Assembly (NCBI GenBank): GCA_031835245.2 | Contig: JAVKOQ020000001.1 | Location: 62,001-126,000 of the forward strand | Source: Balamuthia mandrillaris | Taxonomy: Eukaryota | Direction of reading: 5' to 3' | DNA: 64,000 nt | Shown here: piece after piece, positions 11,029 through 24,877 of the stretch | How the letters are laid out: each line of letters begins with the position of its first letter | How positions within the stretch are numbered: position 1 is the first letter of the stretch | Notes under the pieces: generated by a model | The model's input: the letters and a program-made list of their open reading frames with translations, nothing else | Databases searched by the model: none | Told to the model about the DNA's origin: nothing | Position numbers and translations under genes: made by a program

Positions 11029-14000
11029 TTAATTGTGAGGCAAATGCATCAAAGAGGCCAAAGCCTTTCGTTTGGATTTCTTGTGGGATGAGTGGTCGTC
11101 GGAGCTGCAGGTCTTGAAGCAATCATCGCACACGCGAACAGGCTCCACGTAACCTAAACTCTCTATCGAACAGGAACGCCCTGCACAGTTGCCACAAAAG
11201 ATCTTTCCACAGTTTCTGTCATTAAAAAGGAGAGGAAGAGTTTTAGTTGTGGAGGACGAAAGAAATTCTACGTGAGAAGAACAAAAAAGCAAAAGAGAGA
11301 GAAGGAGCGAACCGGCAATGGTGTCGTCTTTTGAAGACTGAAAAGGAGGAACGACACTGGAAACAAACCGGAGCGCTAATGTCAGGCAACCACATAGGAG
11401 CTGCGCCATCCTCCTCTTCCGCTTCTTTCGAGGATGACGAAGAAGATTGCGAAGGAAGAGGTGGCAACGGAGGAGGAGCTGCCCCCGAGACCCATCTTTG
11501 TTGGGAAAGAAGGCTGTTCATCGCTGAAGAAGGCGAAGGAGCCGGTTGTGGAGGGGGCGGTGGAGGAAAAGAAGCAGAACTGTCGCTAGGGTTTTTGCTG
11601 CTTAGGTCTAAAGAAGAAGAGGAAGACGTTATGGAGATAGCACCGACAAGGGCTTCTTTGTTGTTCTGAAGAACAGCGATTTGCGCTCTGAGGCGATTGA
11701 TCTCTTCTGCAGCTGTTTGAGAGCTGTCTTTTGGCGAAGAAGAAAGTGAAGAGAAGGAAGGGAACGAAGCCAACAAAAGTTGTGGATGGGATTGCATCAT
11801 AAGAGCTTCGATCAGTTGCCTCTGTAACTGAACGAGCTCCTCTCCAAAGACCAACTTATTTGTGCCGCTGTTCTCTTCTTTGTTTGCCTCTGCGTTTGTA
11901 CCTTCTTTTTCATCTCGACTCTCATTGCTTTCTGCCTTACTGTTCTTTTGGTTCAGTTTCTCTATCTCTTTGTCCTTTTCTCGCAGCTTGTCTCTCAAAC
12001 ATTCCATTTCTTCTAACAATCCTTCAACTCCTTTCTTTCCGTCTTCCTTTCCTTCTTCGTCCTGTCCTCGTTCTCCTCGTTGTAACGCGTTCTTCCAATC
12101 CGTCAACCTCTCTTCCTGCCTTTGGATCGTGTTTTGGGCTTCCTCCAATTTCTTCTCCAACTCTTCTGTCTTCGCTTTGTTTCTCTCTCGCTCTGCTTTT
12201 CTTCTCTTCAGCTCCAGGTTTGCGCTCCGCAACTCCAGTCTTATGAGGGCATGTCTCTCGTTGCTTTGTTCGAGCTCCACTTTGTTGGCCGCCACAACTT
12301 CGTTCGTTCGGTCCAACTGCCATTGCAACAGATCTCGTTCGTTCTCCAGCTGTTCTATTCTTTGTTTGAGCTGTTCGTTTTTGGTGATTTCTTGCTTCAA
12401 AATGTGGTCTAATGCTTCCAACCTTCTTGTAACCGCCAAAACATCCTTCTGCTTCGTCATTTCTTGAAGAGGACTTCGTGGGGTTGTCTCTAGCGTTGTT
12501 GTGGAACGTATTCTCCGTTTTCTTAGTGTTGTCACTGTTGGCATCGAAGAAGGTGAAGAAGACGACACAGAAACAGAAGAAGAAGAGGATGGAGAAGAGA
12601 GCGGAGAAGAGGAAGAAGCATCTTCTAGCGTAGAGCGAAGATCATGAATGTCGTCTTCGAGAAGAAGTAAACGTTTTCGAATTTGCCCTTCGGTTTCATC
12701 GAGAAGAGCAAGTTGTTTGGCAGCTTCTTCCCGTATCTTCATCCTTTCTTCTGCTGCTGCTTCTTTTTCTCTTTTCCTTCTTTCTTTTTCTTCCTTTGAT
12801 CTCTGTTTTTCTTTCTGCTGCTTTAACGCATCTTCTTTTTGTTTTATCTCTTCTTCGAGTTGGCGTAGCTCTTGTTGCTTTTGTCGTTCTTTTGCTTCTT
12901 TCTTCTTCTTTTCTTCCTCTAGTTCTTCCAGTTTCTTTAGCTCTTCTTTTCTGCCTATCTCTTTTGCATTTGCTTCTTCTTCCTTCTTCTTTCGTTGAAG
13001 CATCAGCAACTCTTCTTTCTTCTTAATTTCAGCTTCAATTCTTTCCAATTCTTTCAACTGCTCTAACTTTCTTCTTTCCTTCTCTGAAAGCAATTTTTCT
13101 TCTTCTTTCTTCTTCTGTTCTTGTTCTTGTTCTATTTCTTTCTCTTTTTCTTCGCTTTGGTGTTGTTGTTTTTGAGGAATGGCAAGGCGTTGCTTGGAAG
13201 GAAGTCTTCTTCCAAATGGTCCTCTTGGTCGTGATCGAGTTCGATGAATGAGACTTCCATTTCCTTCATTGCATTCTTCTCCTTTTCCTTCCTCAGGCGC
13301 TTTTTCGTCGCGACGTTCCACTTCTTCTTTTGTATCTTCTTCTAAGGAGAAAGAAGAGAAAGAAGATGAAAGGTGACGGGACAGAAAACCAGGTTGATCT
13401 ACCAATGCACTTTGCACCGCTTTGATGGCCGTGCTTCCTTTCGTCGATGCCACAATAGTTTTCTTGTTCTTCTTCGTGCTCTTTTTCTTTCTTTCCTCGC
13501 TTATTCCTTTTTGTTGCATTGCCAGTCGTCGTCTTTCCTTTCTCAACTGTTTCACTTTCCTCCTTCTTCCCTCTCTTTGTCGCTTCCTCTCTATCTTCTC
13601 CCGTTGTTCCTCCTCCTTCATCGATGCTCCAACAGCAAACCCACAACTCTTTTGCAAGGCCAGAATGTGAGAGTTGACTTTGGTAGAGAGCTTAAATCCA
13701 AAGTTGGGCACAATCTTGATGTAATTACTAGGAAACAGCCCGACTCCTTGTTCTCTTTCTGCTCCTCCAAGGAATGAAGAGGCGTCTGTCTCTCCCAGTT
13801 CTTCCGCCCATTTTCTTTCTCGTTCGAGACGTCGTCTTCGTTTGAGAGCACGTTGCAAGTCCTTCTCTCGTTCGAGTTCTCTTTGCTCGGGAGGAAGCGA
13901 GGAGAGATAGCGTTGACGTCTTCGCTCTTTTTGCCTTCTGTGTTTCTTTCTTCGTATGTCCGCTTCGAGTTCTCCCTTCCACCATCCGCTGCTATCCTTT

Positions 14001-16730
14001 TCGTAGACAAAGATGATATCTCCGCGGAAGAAAGTAAGCTCGTTTCCGTTTCTCGCGTTGAAGTCAAAGAGAGCTTGCACTTTGAGACAGTCTTTCCTCA
14101 TTTCTTTAGTTTCCTCGTCTTCATCGTCGCTGTCACTGAAGTCTTCTTCGTTTTCTACTTCTTCCTCGGATTCGCTTTCGCTTTCGCTATCACTGTCGTC
14201 ACTGTCCTCGTCTTCATCACTCTCATCTTCCTTTTTGTCATCATCGCCATTATTTTGGTTTGCGCTGTTAACAAGGATGATATCATCATTCTTGTTTACT
14301 TCTTTTCTCACTTCTTTGGTTGATCCTCCCTCTTCTGGAATTCCTTTGATTGCTTCTTTTGTTTCGCTCATTTTTTCTTCTTCCCTTATAATTTCTTCTT
14401 GCTCTCTCTCTTTATCATCTTTCTCGTTCTCTTCGTCTTCATCGTCTTCATCGTCTTCTTCATCGTTGACAATACTTTCTTGAATGGAACATTGCTTCTG
14501 TTCTCGTTTTTGTGCGATTGTTTTCAATTGGTTCTGTAGTTCCTCCATTTCTCGCTCTTTTTCTGCCAATTCGTTGTGCAGCTGTTGCTGCTGCTGTTTC
14601 CGTTGTTGTTCTTCAAGAGTGGGCGTAGTAGAAATTACTTGTTCTTCCTTGTTCTCTCCGTCGTTTGGTGGTTGCTTCACTTCTTCAACTGCTTTTTTCA
14701 AAGTTTCTGTTTGTGCTATTGAAACAAAAAACAAACCAAAAAAAAAAAACAAGACACAACAAACAAGAATTGGAAAACGATAAAATAGTGTTGAAAGAAG
14801 AAATAAAAGGAAGAAGAAAAAGAAAGAGTTGCCAAACAAAGAGGAGAGTTAGAGGGCAAGATGAAACGCTAAAAGAGAATGAAAATGAAGTATCAACAAG
14901 TAAGAGACAAACACATAAAGCCAATTTTGACTTACAAAAAAAATTATTTAAAATGAGGTAAATAAAAAAACAAATATTAAGAAAGGAAGACGAATAAAGC
15001 AAGATCTCTTTGTTCTTCTTTCGTTCTGGAAATGATTATTGGCAACAAATAATTTTGTGAAAAGAAAACCGAAAAAAAAAAAGAGAAAGAAATAACATCA
15101 ACAAAACACAAAAAGAACAAGAGAAAGATTAGAAGCTATTCATAGAAAAAAGAAAATTGGCTCTCTTGTTCTCTCGCTCTCTTTGGCCAAGTTATACAAA
15201 AGGAAGGAAAAACAAAAGCAACAAATAACAACACAAAATGCGAGAAAAAGAGAGAAGTTAAAAGAAAAAAAGAACGTACATGATTGACTCGTTTGCTTTG
15301 CTTTAGCTTCGAGCTCTTGAATCCGTGCTTTAGCTTGAAGCAGCTCCTCTTTCAAAGCTTCCGCCGATGTCGAACCAGCATCCTGTTGCTTTTCCTTCCG
15401 CGCCCGTTCCAACGCTTCTCTGACTTTCACTCTTATCTCCTCCGCTCGGTCCGCCAACCTTTCGTTCAATTTGCTTTTCACTAACTTCAACTCTCGTGTC
15501 AACTGCAACAATTTTTCCACTTTCTCGTTTTCGCTGAGCTGCTCAAACTCTTTCTTTGTTGCCGCCTCTTCCTCTTCTGTAAGCGTTGCAGAAGAGGAGG
15601 AAGTGGGAGCGGCGGCTTGATAGTCCTCAAAACTGCGTTTGTAGACTTCCATCAGAGCCTGAATTTTGTTTAACTCGGAGAGAGCAAAGCCCTGCTGTTC
15701 CGCCAATAGGTTCAAGTCGCCAACCACCGAGTCCTTCAGCTCCTTCAACTGAATGCTTTTTTCATTGAGCTCATCTCTCATGTTCTCCACCAAAGCTCTG
15801 TCCTCACTCATTCCTCCGCTGCTCGAAAAGAACTGTGTGTCTTGTGAGTTGGTCATTGATCCAGCAATACTTCCTTCTCTGCCCCCAACGCTCCCAGCAG
15901 CACTACCACTATTGCCTCGACTAAGACTAAAACTACGAGAAGCCCGTCCAGAGAGCGCTGGAGAGGTGACGGAAGAAGAGACGCTCTCTCCCACTCGACT
16001 GAAGAAAGATCCAATTGTGCTACCCGTCTTTTCTCGCTTCCTGGGAACTTGTGCCCCAGTTCCTATCGGAGCGGACCGCGGAGAGGTCGTTCCTGATCCT
16101 TCGTCGTTGTTCTCCTCCGCAGAAGAAGGAGCAGCAACAGAGGGAGCAGAGGAAAGCAAGTCAACCTCTCCCTGCATAGCGATTTGCTGTTGCAGCGCTC
16201 CCAACTGAAGGCTGCCTCTCTGTCCTCCCTCTCCTCCATCCGCCACGCTCCTGCTCATGCGGATCATCTTCCTGCGATAGCCGTTCAGTGCGTTGACCCA
16301 GTACTTCATCTCCTTGTCGCTGGAGGCCACCAAGGTGTAGGCACGCCCGGGGGTGTTTATCTGGAACTCGCAGTTGCGGCTGGTGCCGGAGGGGATGATG
16401 GAGCTGGCGGCCATGATGTCGATGAAGCCGAGGGACTGGGCGATGGTGTCTCCTTGGTTCACGTAGTAGTACAAGCGGTTGTCCTGTAGGCTGAACCAAC
16501 GCTTCTTGAAGCCCTTGCGGAAGCCCTTGGCGCCTTGTTTGAGCAAGAAGCCTTCCAGCTGTTTGCGAAGCCAACAAGACAACGAGAAGTAGAGAAAGGA
16601 GAGACGAAGAGCCGGTAACAAAAAAGAAGGAAGAGATTAGAATGATTAAAAAAAACAAAAAAATGGAGAAAACAGCGAAAGAGAAGGAAAGATGAACCTT
16701 GATGGGCTCGTCATCGGGAACCGCGGCCAT
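11029..16730 (-). CDS. PH domain + coiled coil + SH3 + coiled coil + C-terminal FYVE zinc finger protein; multi-exon
   Basis: PH: LEGFLLKQGAKGFRKGFKKRWFSL...MKYWVNAL. SH3: ALFDF..ELTF..GWWKG..GLFPSNY. FYVE: WLPD..CFQC..F..FKRRHHCR|NCGKIFCGNC..VRVCDDC, split by an intron at ~11220-11311. The join of the PH and SH3 parts through introns at ~14.7-15.3 kb is inferred. Confidence 0.7.
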
Positions 16731-17578
16731 GGTACTGCTTATCAACCAAAAAAAAAAAAGAGGGGTACGATGAGAACATACAAGGGAAAAAAAATCAGAC
16801 AAGATTGAAAAGCAACCCAAAAACAAAAAAAAAGCGAACACACTGGGTTCACCAACCCAACAAAAAAAAAGAAGGTGAAGAACGAAGCGAAGAAGACAAG
16901 ACGATGAAAAGTGTGAAAAAAATAAAAATGAAAAACGTAGAGCTGCAAGATTACTGTTGAGGAGAGAGAAAAAAGAAAGAGAGCCAAAAAACGTACTTGG
17001 AAAAAAAAAGACAAGCAGAAGAAAAAATTTCTTGCGAGCGAAGCGCGTTGCACGGTCAACAACCCAAACTTTAAAAAAAAAAACGAAATCGAACCCTGAG
17101 CTCAGCACGCCGGAGGGGGGTGGGTGGCTCCTGCCTCCTTTTTTTTTTTTTTCCTAAGCTTTGGGAGCGAAAAAGAACGCTTTGCCAGTTGGGTACCACC
17201 AAAAGAGAGGCTTTTTTTTTATTGCCTTTTGCCCTTGTGTGTTTATTGTCTCGAAGAAAGTATTGCGATTATTATACTTTTTTAGGTGTTTTCGTCGACA
17301 ATCAGACGATAATCGTTGTTGCCACGCGACGAGGGACAGTGAAAATTATTTGTCGACAAAACTCGTCGATTTATCCTGATATTTTGAGAAATGTGGCGAT
17401 ATAGTTGAACAGGGAAAACCAAACGAAAAAAAAAAAACAAAAAACAGTGAAAGTTTTTTTTTTTTTTGCGGTGAACGGAAGAGATTGATTGTTACGTCGA
17501 CGAAGGAGACAGAAGAAGACCCTCACCGGCCACAGCGTGTAGTGCCGAATCGAAAGCCCATCATCAACAAAGAAAAAC

Positions 17579-19605
17579 ATGCAGGCCAAGGACATTGTAC
17601 GCTTTTTGTTTTGTCCTTTGTTGTATTTTTTTTTTTGGGGCATAAGTGATGCTCTTTGTTGTTTTTTTTTTTTTTTGGCTCATTTGATTTTGGGTGTTTG
17701 TGATAGGTGGTTCGTGTGCGTTCCAAAGGAGGCACGCACCGAGTGCAGATCAGCCCTTCCAGCACTGTCGATCAACTCAAAGAAAAGGTTTTGTTTTTCA
17801 AAAAAAATTTCAACCCTCACTCAAAAAAAAAAAAATCAAGTTCTTTATTTCTGATATGGCGTGCTGTCGTTATATCCACCGTCATCCTCCCTCCCGCCTG
17901 TAGATTGCTGCTCAGACCTCAGTGCCGAAAGATGACCAAAAGCTGCACCTTGAGGAAAGGGGTCGTCCTGGCCGTGAGCTCACGCACTCCCAACAGACAC
18001 TGATCTCTCTTGGCGCCACGTACAGTTTTTCTCTCATCAGCTCTCTTCTTTCTCCTCTGCTCGCTCTCTGCTCTCTCCTCTCTCCTCTGCTCTCTTCTCT
18101 GGCCCTCCTCTCCTTCTCTCTCGTTTGCTCTTTCTCCTAATGCTTCTCTCTTTCTCTTGTTGTTCTCTTTTTCTCACTCAACCCAATAATATCTCCCTGG
18201 CACCACCAGAAATGGACAGATGTTCTTTTTGGAGTATGAGGGGATGGATCCGAACCAAACAACAGGCAAAAAGTAAAGTTCCTTGTGCTTCGTTCATGTG
18301 GCATTTTTTGTTGGTTGCAATGATAACGGCTCTAACCTGCTTTCAACGTTGATAACTTCAATGCATGCAGGAAGCTAAAAGATATAAAGAAAAAGTGGGA
18401 CCTCAAGTCTTATATGGACCATCTAGACAGTCAAGGCCTTATCTTTAAACGACAGGTAGCATCACTTCTTTCTTATCTTTACATTCCTCTGTCGTTTCTG
18501 CTTTATTCATTCTTTCTATCCTCGCCCAATAAACAGGAAGAATCTCATTGCAAGCAACTCTCTCCTGACTTCAACGCCTGTAATCAATTCCAACTCAACT
18601 GCCAGGCCTTTGCTTTCCAACGCTGCCGCGTTGGTCTCCTCTACGGCAACTACTCCACCGACACTAACCGCGTCACCGTCGACATCATCTACGAACCTCC
18701 TCAACAACACCAACAGACCGAGGGCGGGGTCGATCTCTCCTTCTCTTCTTCCACTCTCTTGTTGGATACAGCCGGGGAGGAGATAGCGAAAGCAGACGAG
18801 CTGGCGGCTCTTCTCGGATATAAGAGAGTCGGTTGGGTCTTCTCGCATGAGGGAGAGAGGGAACATATTTTCACTTCGCAGGAAGTCGTCGTAGCGGCGG
18901 AGATGCAGAGCCGGCTTATGAAGGAGGACCCTTTGATGGCCAAGTATTTTGTCACGCTGAAAGTCTTTCGTACGTTTATGTCTGTTTTATTTGTCCTTTT
19001 GACAAACAACAAAACTAACAACGAAAACAAAAATAACAGCAACGGAGGATGGAATGAGCAACTTTGAGGCCTATCAGCTGTCCGATCAGGCTGTCAAGCT
19101 GCAAGAGTCAGGGGTGCTCAAACCGATTCAACGGGATGCCGCCGTTTGTCAGCTGCGCGAGGAGGTGTTGATGCACAGAGCCGGCGCTGGAAGGAAGGAC
19201 GCCACCGAAATAGATCCCACCGTCTTGGTCGTTCCTGTATGTTCTTTTCTGTCTTCCTTTCTTTTTTTTTTCCTCCCTCTTTTCTCACAATATACAAACA
19301 AAACATAAAAGGTTGCGCTGGATAGCGAGTACCAAGGAGCTCTTAGGGCGGACTTCCCCATCGAGAACAGACCGGAGAGCCCGCAAACGACCGAAAGCCT
19401 CAAAGCCTACCTGCTGGCGCGAAAGAAAACGGGCGAGCCTTTCGTGAAGACGCTGGCGGACTTTCACCTTTTGCTGTTCCTGTGCAGCACGTATCTGGAC
19501 CCAAAGACGGACATGCCGGCGTTGTGCCAGGCCGTTCAGACGGGGGATACGGAGGTGACGGAGGGGTTCAAGCTGCTCATCGAGTCTTTTGCTGGTCTCA
19601 TGTAA
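17579..19605 (+). CDS. NPL4: NPL4-like Cdc48/p97 adaptor (N-terminal ubiquitin-like domain + MPN-like domain); multi-exon
   Basis: VVRVRSKGGTHRV (UBL), RVGLLYG..VDIIYEPPQ, LGYKRVGWVFSH, FEAYQLSDQAVKL, FPIENR and LADFHLLLFL. Confidence 0.8.
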
Positions 19606-19610
19606 CTTTG

Positions 19611-19662
<52 letters not shown>

Positions 19663-19904
19663 GTGTGTGTAAAGTTTTTCTTTCTTTTGGAGTTAGCGAA
19701 TAGAAAATCAAATATTAGAAGTTGGACGAATGAAAAATCAAAAATTCCACTTAGATCATCTTTCCGATTATGATTGTTTGATTTTCTATTTGTTGAAAAT
19801 CAAAAACAGGACGGGATTGGCAGGTCGGTAATCAACGATAAAAGAAAGGAATGAAAGAATAAGATAAGCAAAAGTGATCCATTGCCAACGACGGCGAAGA
19901 GAAA

Positions 19905-22741
19905 ATGTACATCAACTTGACGCCGAACGGAGAGGACGGCGCCGGCGTTCCTCGAGCCAGAAAGAAGCCTTTTGGTCATGCTTGGCGCCGTCCGCAGCCA
20001 GAAGGCAACGCCGGGACCACCCTTTCTTCTGAAAGAAAAATCCGTCCTCCGCACAACGCCTCGCTGTCGATTCGACAGCGTGCGTTTTGGATTCGTGTTG
20101 TCGGTGTGGGTTGGGAGAGGTTCAGGTTGATGTTCGGGTTGGACTACCGCTCGATGGCGTTGTGCAGGATCATGCTGGGCCTCTCCATACTCGGCGACCT
20201 CATGGATCGTTCTCGTGATCTCTCCATCCACTACACTGATGACGGTATCCTCCTCTTTTTTTTAAAACATGTTTATATTTTATAGACATTTTCTCATTCT
20301 TTCTTTCCACCACCAACAACAACAGGAATACTTCCAAGAGGGCTTGCCATGCAGCTCTTCCAGAACCACTATGCCTTCTCCATCTACAACGCGGCGGGTG
20401 GCCTCTACGCCGTCTCCTTCCTCTTCCTCCTCCACGCCCTCTGCGCCCTCTCCTTTCTGTTGGGATGGCGGACCCGCCTCTCCTCGGTGCTGCTGTGGTG
20501 CTTTGACTTGGGGCTCTTTCATCGCAACTCGCTGTTGTCGCATGGAGGGGATGACTTTTTGAAGTTGGTCCTGTTTTGGGCCATGTGGCTGCCTATGGGA
20601 GAGAGCTATTCTTTGGATGCTGTCTTAGCTTCTCGTTCTTCTTCTTCTTCTTCTTCTTCTTCTTCTTCTTCTTCTTCTTCTTCTTCTTCTTCCTCCTCCT
20701 CCTCCTCCTCCTCGTCACCTCAACAACTCAAATCAACGAGCAATAATCACAAAGAAGAAGATGCAACAAACACAAAACAACAACAGAAGACAGAGGAACC
20801 AAAGAAGAAAGACTATATCTACTTCTCGGCGGCAACATTTGCAATGGTTCTTCAAATTGCCTTTCTCTACTCCTTCTCTTACGTCCACAAGACAGGAGCT
20901 GCATGGACTAAAGACGGAACAGCCACTCTTCTTGCTTTGCAACTCAAATATTTTTACATGCCAATGGGAAGCTTCTTTCTGTGGCTGAATGATGCGTTGG
21001 GAACTTTTTGGACGCCTTTTGGTTCGTTCTCTTTGCTCTCGCATTTGACGTTTGCGGTGTTGTATTGGGAAGGGTTTGGACCATTGTGCTTCTTCTCGCC
21101 GGTTTGGACACAGCCGTTGAGGTTGTTTGGAGCTGTGGGATTTATTGCTATGCATTTGGGACTTGCTATTTGGTATCTGCGTCTTGCTCTTTCCATTGCT
21201 TTCTTTCTATTGGTTGTTTTTTTTAATAGTCTTTGTCTCATCTTCACTTTTTATTGACTTCTTGCATTCTGTTGCAACATACAAAGCTTGCGTTTGGGCT
21301 TTTTCTTTTGGGTGTGCTTCTCGACTCTTCTTATTCTCCTTCCAAGTTGGTTCTGGGACGATTTAGTTCTTCCTCGAATTCGCACAAGAGAACGTCTCGC
21401 CTTAAGGATCATATATCCTGCTCACTGTCGCTTCTGCCAGTCACTTCTTCGTTTCTTCTCCGCGTTCTTTCTTCTTCCTGAAACAACTCTACGAAAAGCT
21501 TCTTGCCACCATCGTCAACATCAACGTCGCTTCAACATTGATAACGAAAAAGAAGAAAGTGATGAAGAAGATGAAGATGAAGAAGAATATGAAGTAAATG
21601 GAGAAGAGAATGTAGAAGAAGAAGAGGATTTTTGGTGTGAGCAATGGAAGGTAATAGATTCGAATGGAACTGTAAATCGAGGCTTTGATGCTTTTGTGGC
21701 GATTCTTCGACACTCTTTTGTGCCGATGTCATCTTTCTTCGTATTTGTGATTCAGAGAACGAACCTGAAAGTGATGACGGAGAGAATATACAATGAGTTG
21801 GTATTGGACCTTCATGACACCTTTTGCGAACATCAACACAACCTTCATTCCTATCCGTTGATGCTGCAAACCTATAATCGTAAACGGCAACAACAAAAAA
21901 ACGAAGAACAAGAAGAAGAAGCAAACGAAGACAGAGACTCGATTTCGAGCATAAGTAACGAACAGGAACATATGTACAATCGACGAAACATTGCAAAGCA
22001 AAAGAGGACGTATCGACGGCAACGACAAAAAGATAATTCGTGGACCGTTATGCTGTCTCCAGAAGAACGTTTGCGGATATGGGCGCTGAGCTTCTTCATC
22101 TCCTTGGTAAAAAATATGCTGTACACTACCATCATCCTCTTCTTCCTCTTCATGAGCTTCGGCTGGTGCATGCTCAACGTGCAAAAGGCGGAATGGGCGG
22201 TGGCTATTGAGGAATGGAAGCCTCTGGCCATGACCTTTGGCATTCATCAGAACTGGGGCATGTTTGCACCAAGCCCACCAGACTCGAACTTTTGGTTTAC
22301 TATCAAAGGTTTGTTCTTTCATTTTCATTCTTTCTTATTCTTCTCTTTATTTTTTTAAAACGTTCTTTCCCTCTTTCTTTGGATCCAAAAGTAACAATAC
22401 GAAACGGAACAACCTACGATCTGTTTGGAGCGGGAGAGAAAGGCGGTGTTTGGACGGATTGGAGTGCTCTTCGCCCTTACTCCGAAGAGCCAATAGAACC
22501 CTTCCACTCACCCTTCAAGAACCATCGTTGGTACAAGTTTTGGGAAGCAGCCACGCGGCACGAGAGCGTGCGAAGGAGGTTCCTTCAGGTTATGTGTCAA
22601 CGGTGGAAGCGATGGCAACCTTTGAAGCTGAGAAGAGAAGTGCAGGAGATGGAGTTAGTGCAAATTACCGAGTATGCGGATGGACGAAGGAGAAAGGCTT
22701 CTTTGGGGACCATGGCGTGTATTGTTAGCGGTAGACATTGA
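19905..22741 (+). CDS. HTTM-domain membrane protein (vitamin K-dependent carboxylase-related) with an internal DCC1/DUF393-like CxxC segment; multi-exon, start uncertain
   Basis: FGLDYRSMALCRI..YTDDG, LLGWRTR..HRN..GGDDFLKLVLFWAMWLPMGESYSLD, W.KDGTA, MHLG..RLGFF, IYPAHCRFC, QNWGMFAPSP and HRWYKFWE. Confidence 0.75.
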
Positions 22742-23123
22742 TTCAATTTTTCCTTCTCTTCATTCCTCGCTTCTCTCTCTCTTTTCTCTCTCTCTCCTTT
22801 TCTCTGTGGATGAGAAAGCGGACGAGATGGGAAATGAATGAATTCTCTCATTCACATCACTCTCTGTGGCGATGAATGAGTTCATCCAGCCCACCGCTTG
22901 ACCTGCTCTTCGGTCAAGCTGCATTGTTTCGCGATGAAACAATGCATGCTCTCCATCTCCCCTCCTGATAATCGTCGACAAAATTACAAATATTTATCGA
23001 CAAATTACCACTATTACAGATATTTAGAAATTTTCCCATTTTTCAATAATATTTTCACTTTTATGAATAAAATCAAAAATATTTATTCAACAACAAAGAA
23101 ATATAAAAGAGAGAAAAACAAAG

Positions 23124-24877
23124 ATGGAGAGACGTGCCTCCTCCTCTTCTTCTTCAGCCTCTGCTCTTCTTCGCTTCCCGCGTCTGCGCACCGCCTGGAT
23201 GGTCGTTGGATCCGCTCTGCTGCTCGGTGGGCTCTCCTTCTACCTCTGGCGCAAGACCCGGCTGTGGCGCGAGGTCCTCCTCTTCAAGCGCGACATCAAC
23301 CGCCGCCTCCAGCAGGAGCGCCAGCAGAGGAAGGCCCGAGGGGAGGCCCCTTGCTTTCGGGACATGCTGCTCGGGGTGGCCGTCGGGGACGCCTTTGGCG
23401 CCGGCATCGAGTTCAAGTCCAGGGAGTGGATCCTGGAGAACGTGGACTTTAGCCGCTACCTGAACGAGAGGAAGGGCAGCTGGGGAGAGGGATTTAGCGC
23501 CGGCATGTGGACCGACGACACTGAGATGACCATTGGAACGGTTTGTTTTTCTCTTTTTTCTTTTATTTCTTTTTATTTCTATTTTTTTCTCTCTTTTTTT
23601 TTCTTTTTTTTCTTTTTTTTTCTTTTTTTCTTTTTTCTTTTCTTTTTTTTTCTTTTTTTTTCTTTTTTTTCTTTTTTTTTCTTTTTTTTCTTTTTTTTCT
23701 TTTTTTCTTTTTTTCTTTTTTTTAAAAAAATAAAAAATAACAGATGAAAGCAATGATGGAGTGTGAGATATTGAACAGCGAAATCTTGTTGACGTATTGG
23801 TTGAATGAGTATAAGCTCAGCGAGTACAGAAACGGCGTGCCAAGACAAGGCCACGGCGGCATTCGGTTTGTTATATATCTTCTCTTTTTCTCTTCCTGTT
23901 CTTCTTTCTTCATTCTTCCTTTCTTCATTCTTTCTTCATTCTTCTTTTCCTGTTCTTTCTTTTCTTCTTTTCTGCTTCCTTGTTCCTTCTCATTTCTTCT
24001 CTGTCTCGTTCTGCTTTTCATTTCTATCTTCCAGAAACTTTTTCACCGGTGGCTGCACCATCGAGGAGCTTCGCCAACAAAACCGCGAGAAGGAATATCC
24101 CGGCAATGCCCCTCCCATGCGTGCCATCCCTCTGGCCTTCATCCAAGACGATCCCCAACGTCAGTTTCATTACGCCCTCCTCAACGCCGACGCCACTCAT
24201 CCTCATCCAAAAGCGCGAGTAGCGAGTTATCTCATAGTCAAGGCGGCGGAGTATATGATCATAAAGAGGGAGGAGCCTAGAGGCATCATTGACTACTGCC
24301 TGGCGTCATGCGGAGTGGAGAAGATTGATGAGGAGACGTACGATTATTTGAGGGAGGTCAATCAGCTAGAGGACTATCATGTATTAGAAGAAAGAAGCAG
24401 AAACAGAGAAAGACGAAGAAGAGAGAGAATGGAGAAGAGGAAAGATCGTGACGAGGAAGATTATGAAGAAGATGAAGAAGAAGAATGTGGAATCGATTAT
24501 GAGTTGCTGTGTGGACCTCAGCCAATACCTACGTATAATATCAATGGCGTTGGACCAGACAGCATGCGAACTGCTGGTTGTGTTCTTTACATTCTTAAGG
24601 TTCTTTTTCCTTTTGTTTTTTCCTTTTCTTTCATTTTTACTTATTTTTTTTCCAGTTTTATCGCAGCCCAATGGACACTTTGCGTATTGCTATACAGATG
24701 GGAGGGGACGTGGACTCTCTGGCCTCGATCTGTTTGGGCATCGTGGGGGGACGGTATGGCCTCACTGGCCTCCCTTCGTGGATGTTTGACCAGCTGGAAG
24801 CCAAGGACGAGCTCATCGCTTTGGCAAAGCGTTTCGAGGAGTTCGTGGCAGAAGCAGAGTCTTGCGTTTTGCCTTGA
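23124..24877 (+). CDS. ADP-ribosylglycohydrolase (ARH/DraG family) with an N-terminal TM segment; multi-exon
   Basis: LLGVAVGDAFG, WTDDTEM, GNAPPMRAIP, ATHPHP and GGDVDSLASICLGIVGGRYG. Confidence 0.85.

Noticed and set aside
23540..23743. Poly-Phe / poly-Lys ORFs (also at ~32400-32520 and ~48160-48340)
   Set aside because: Simple-sequence tracts inside introns.
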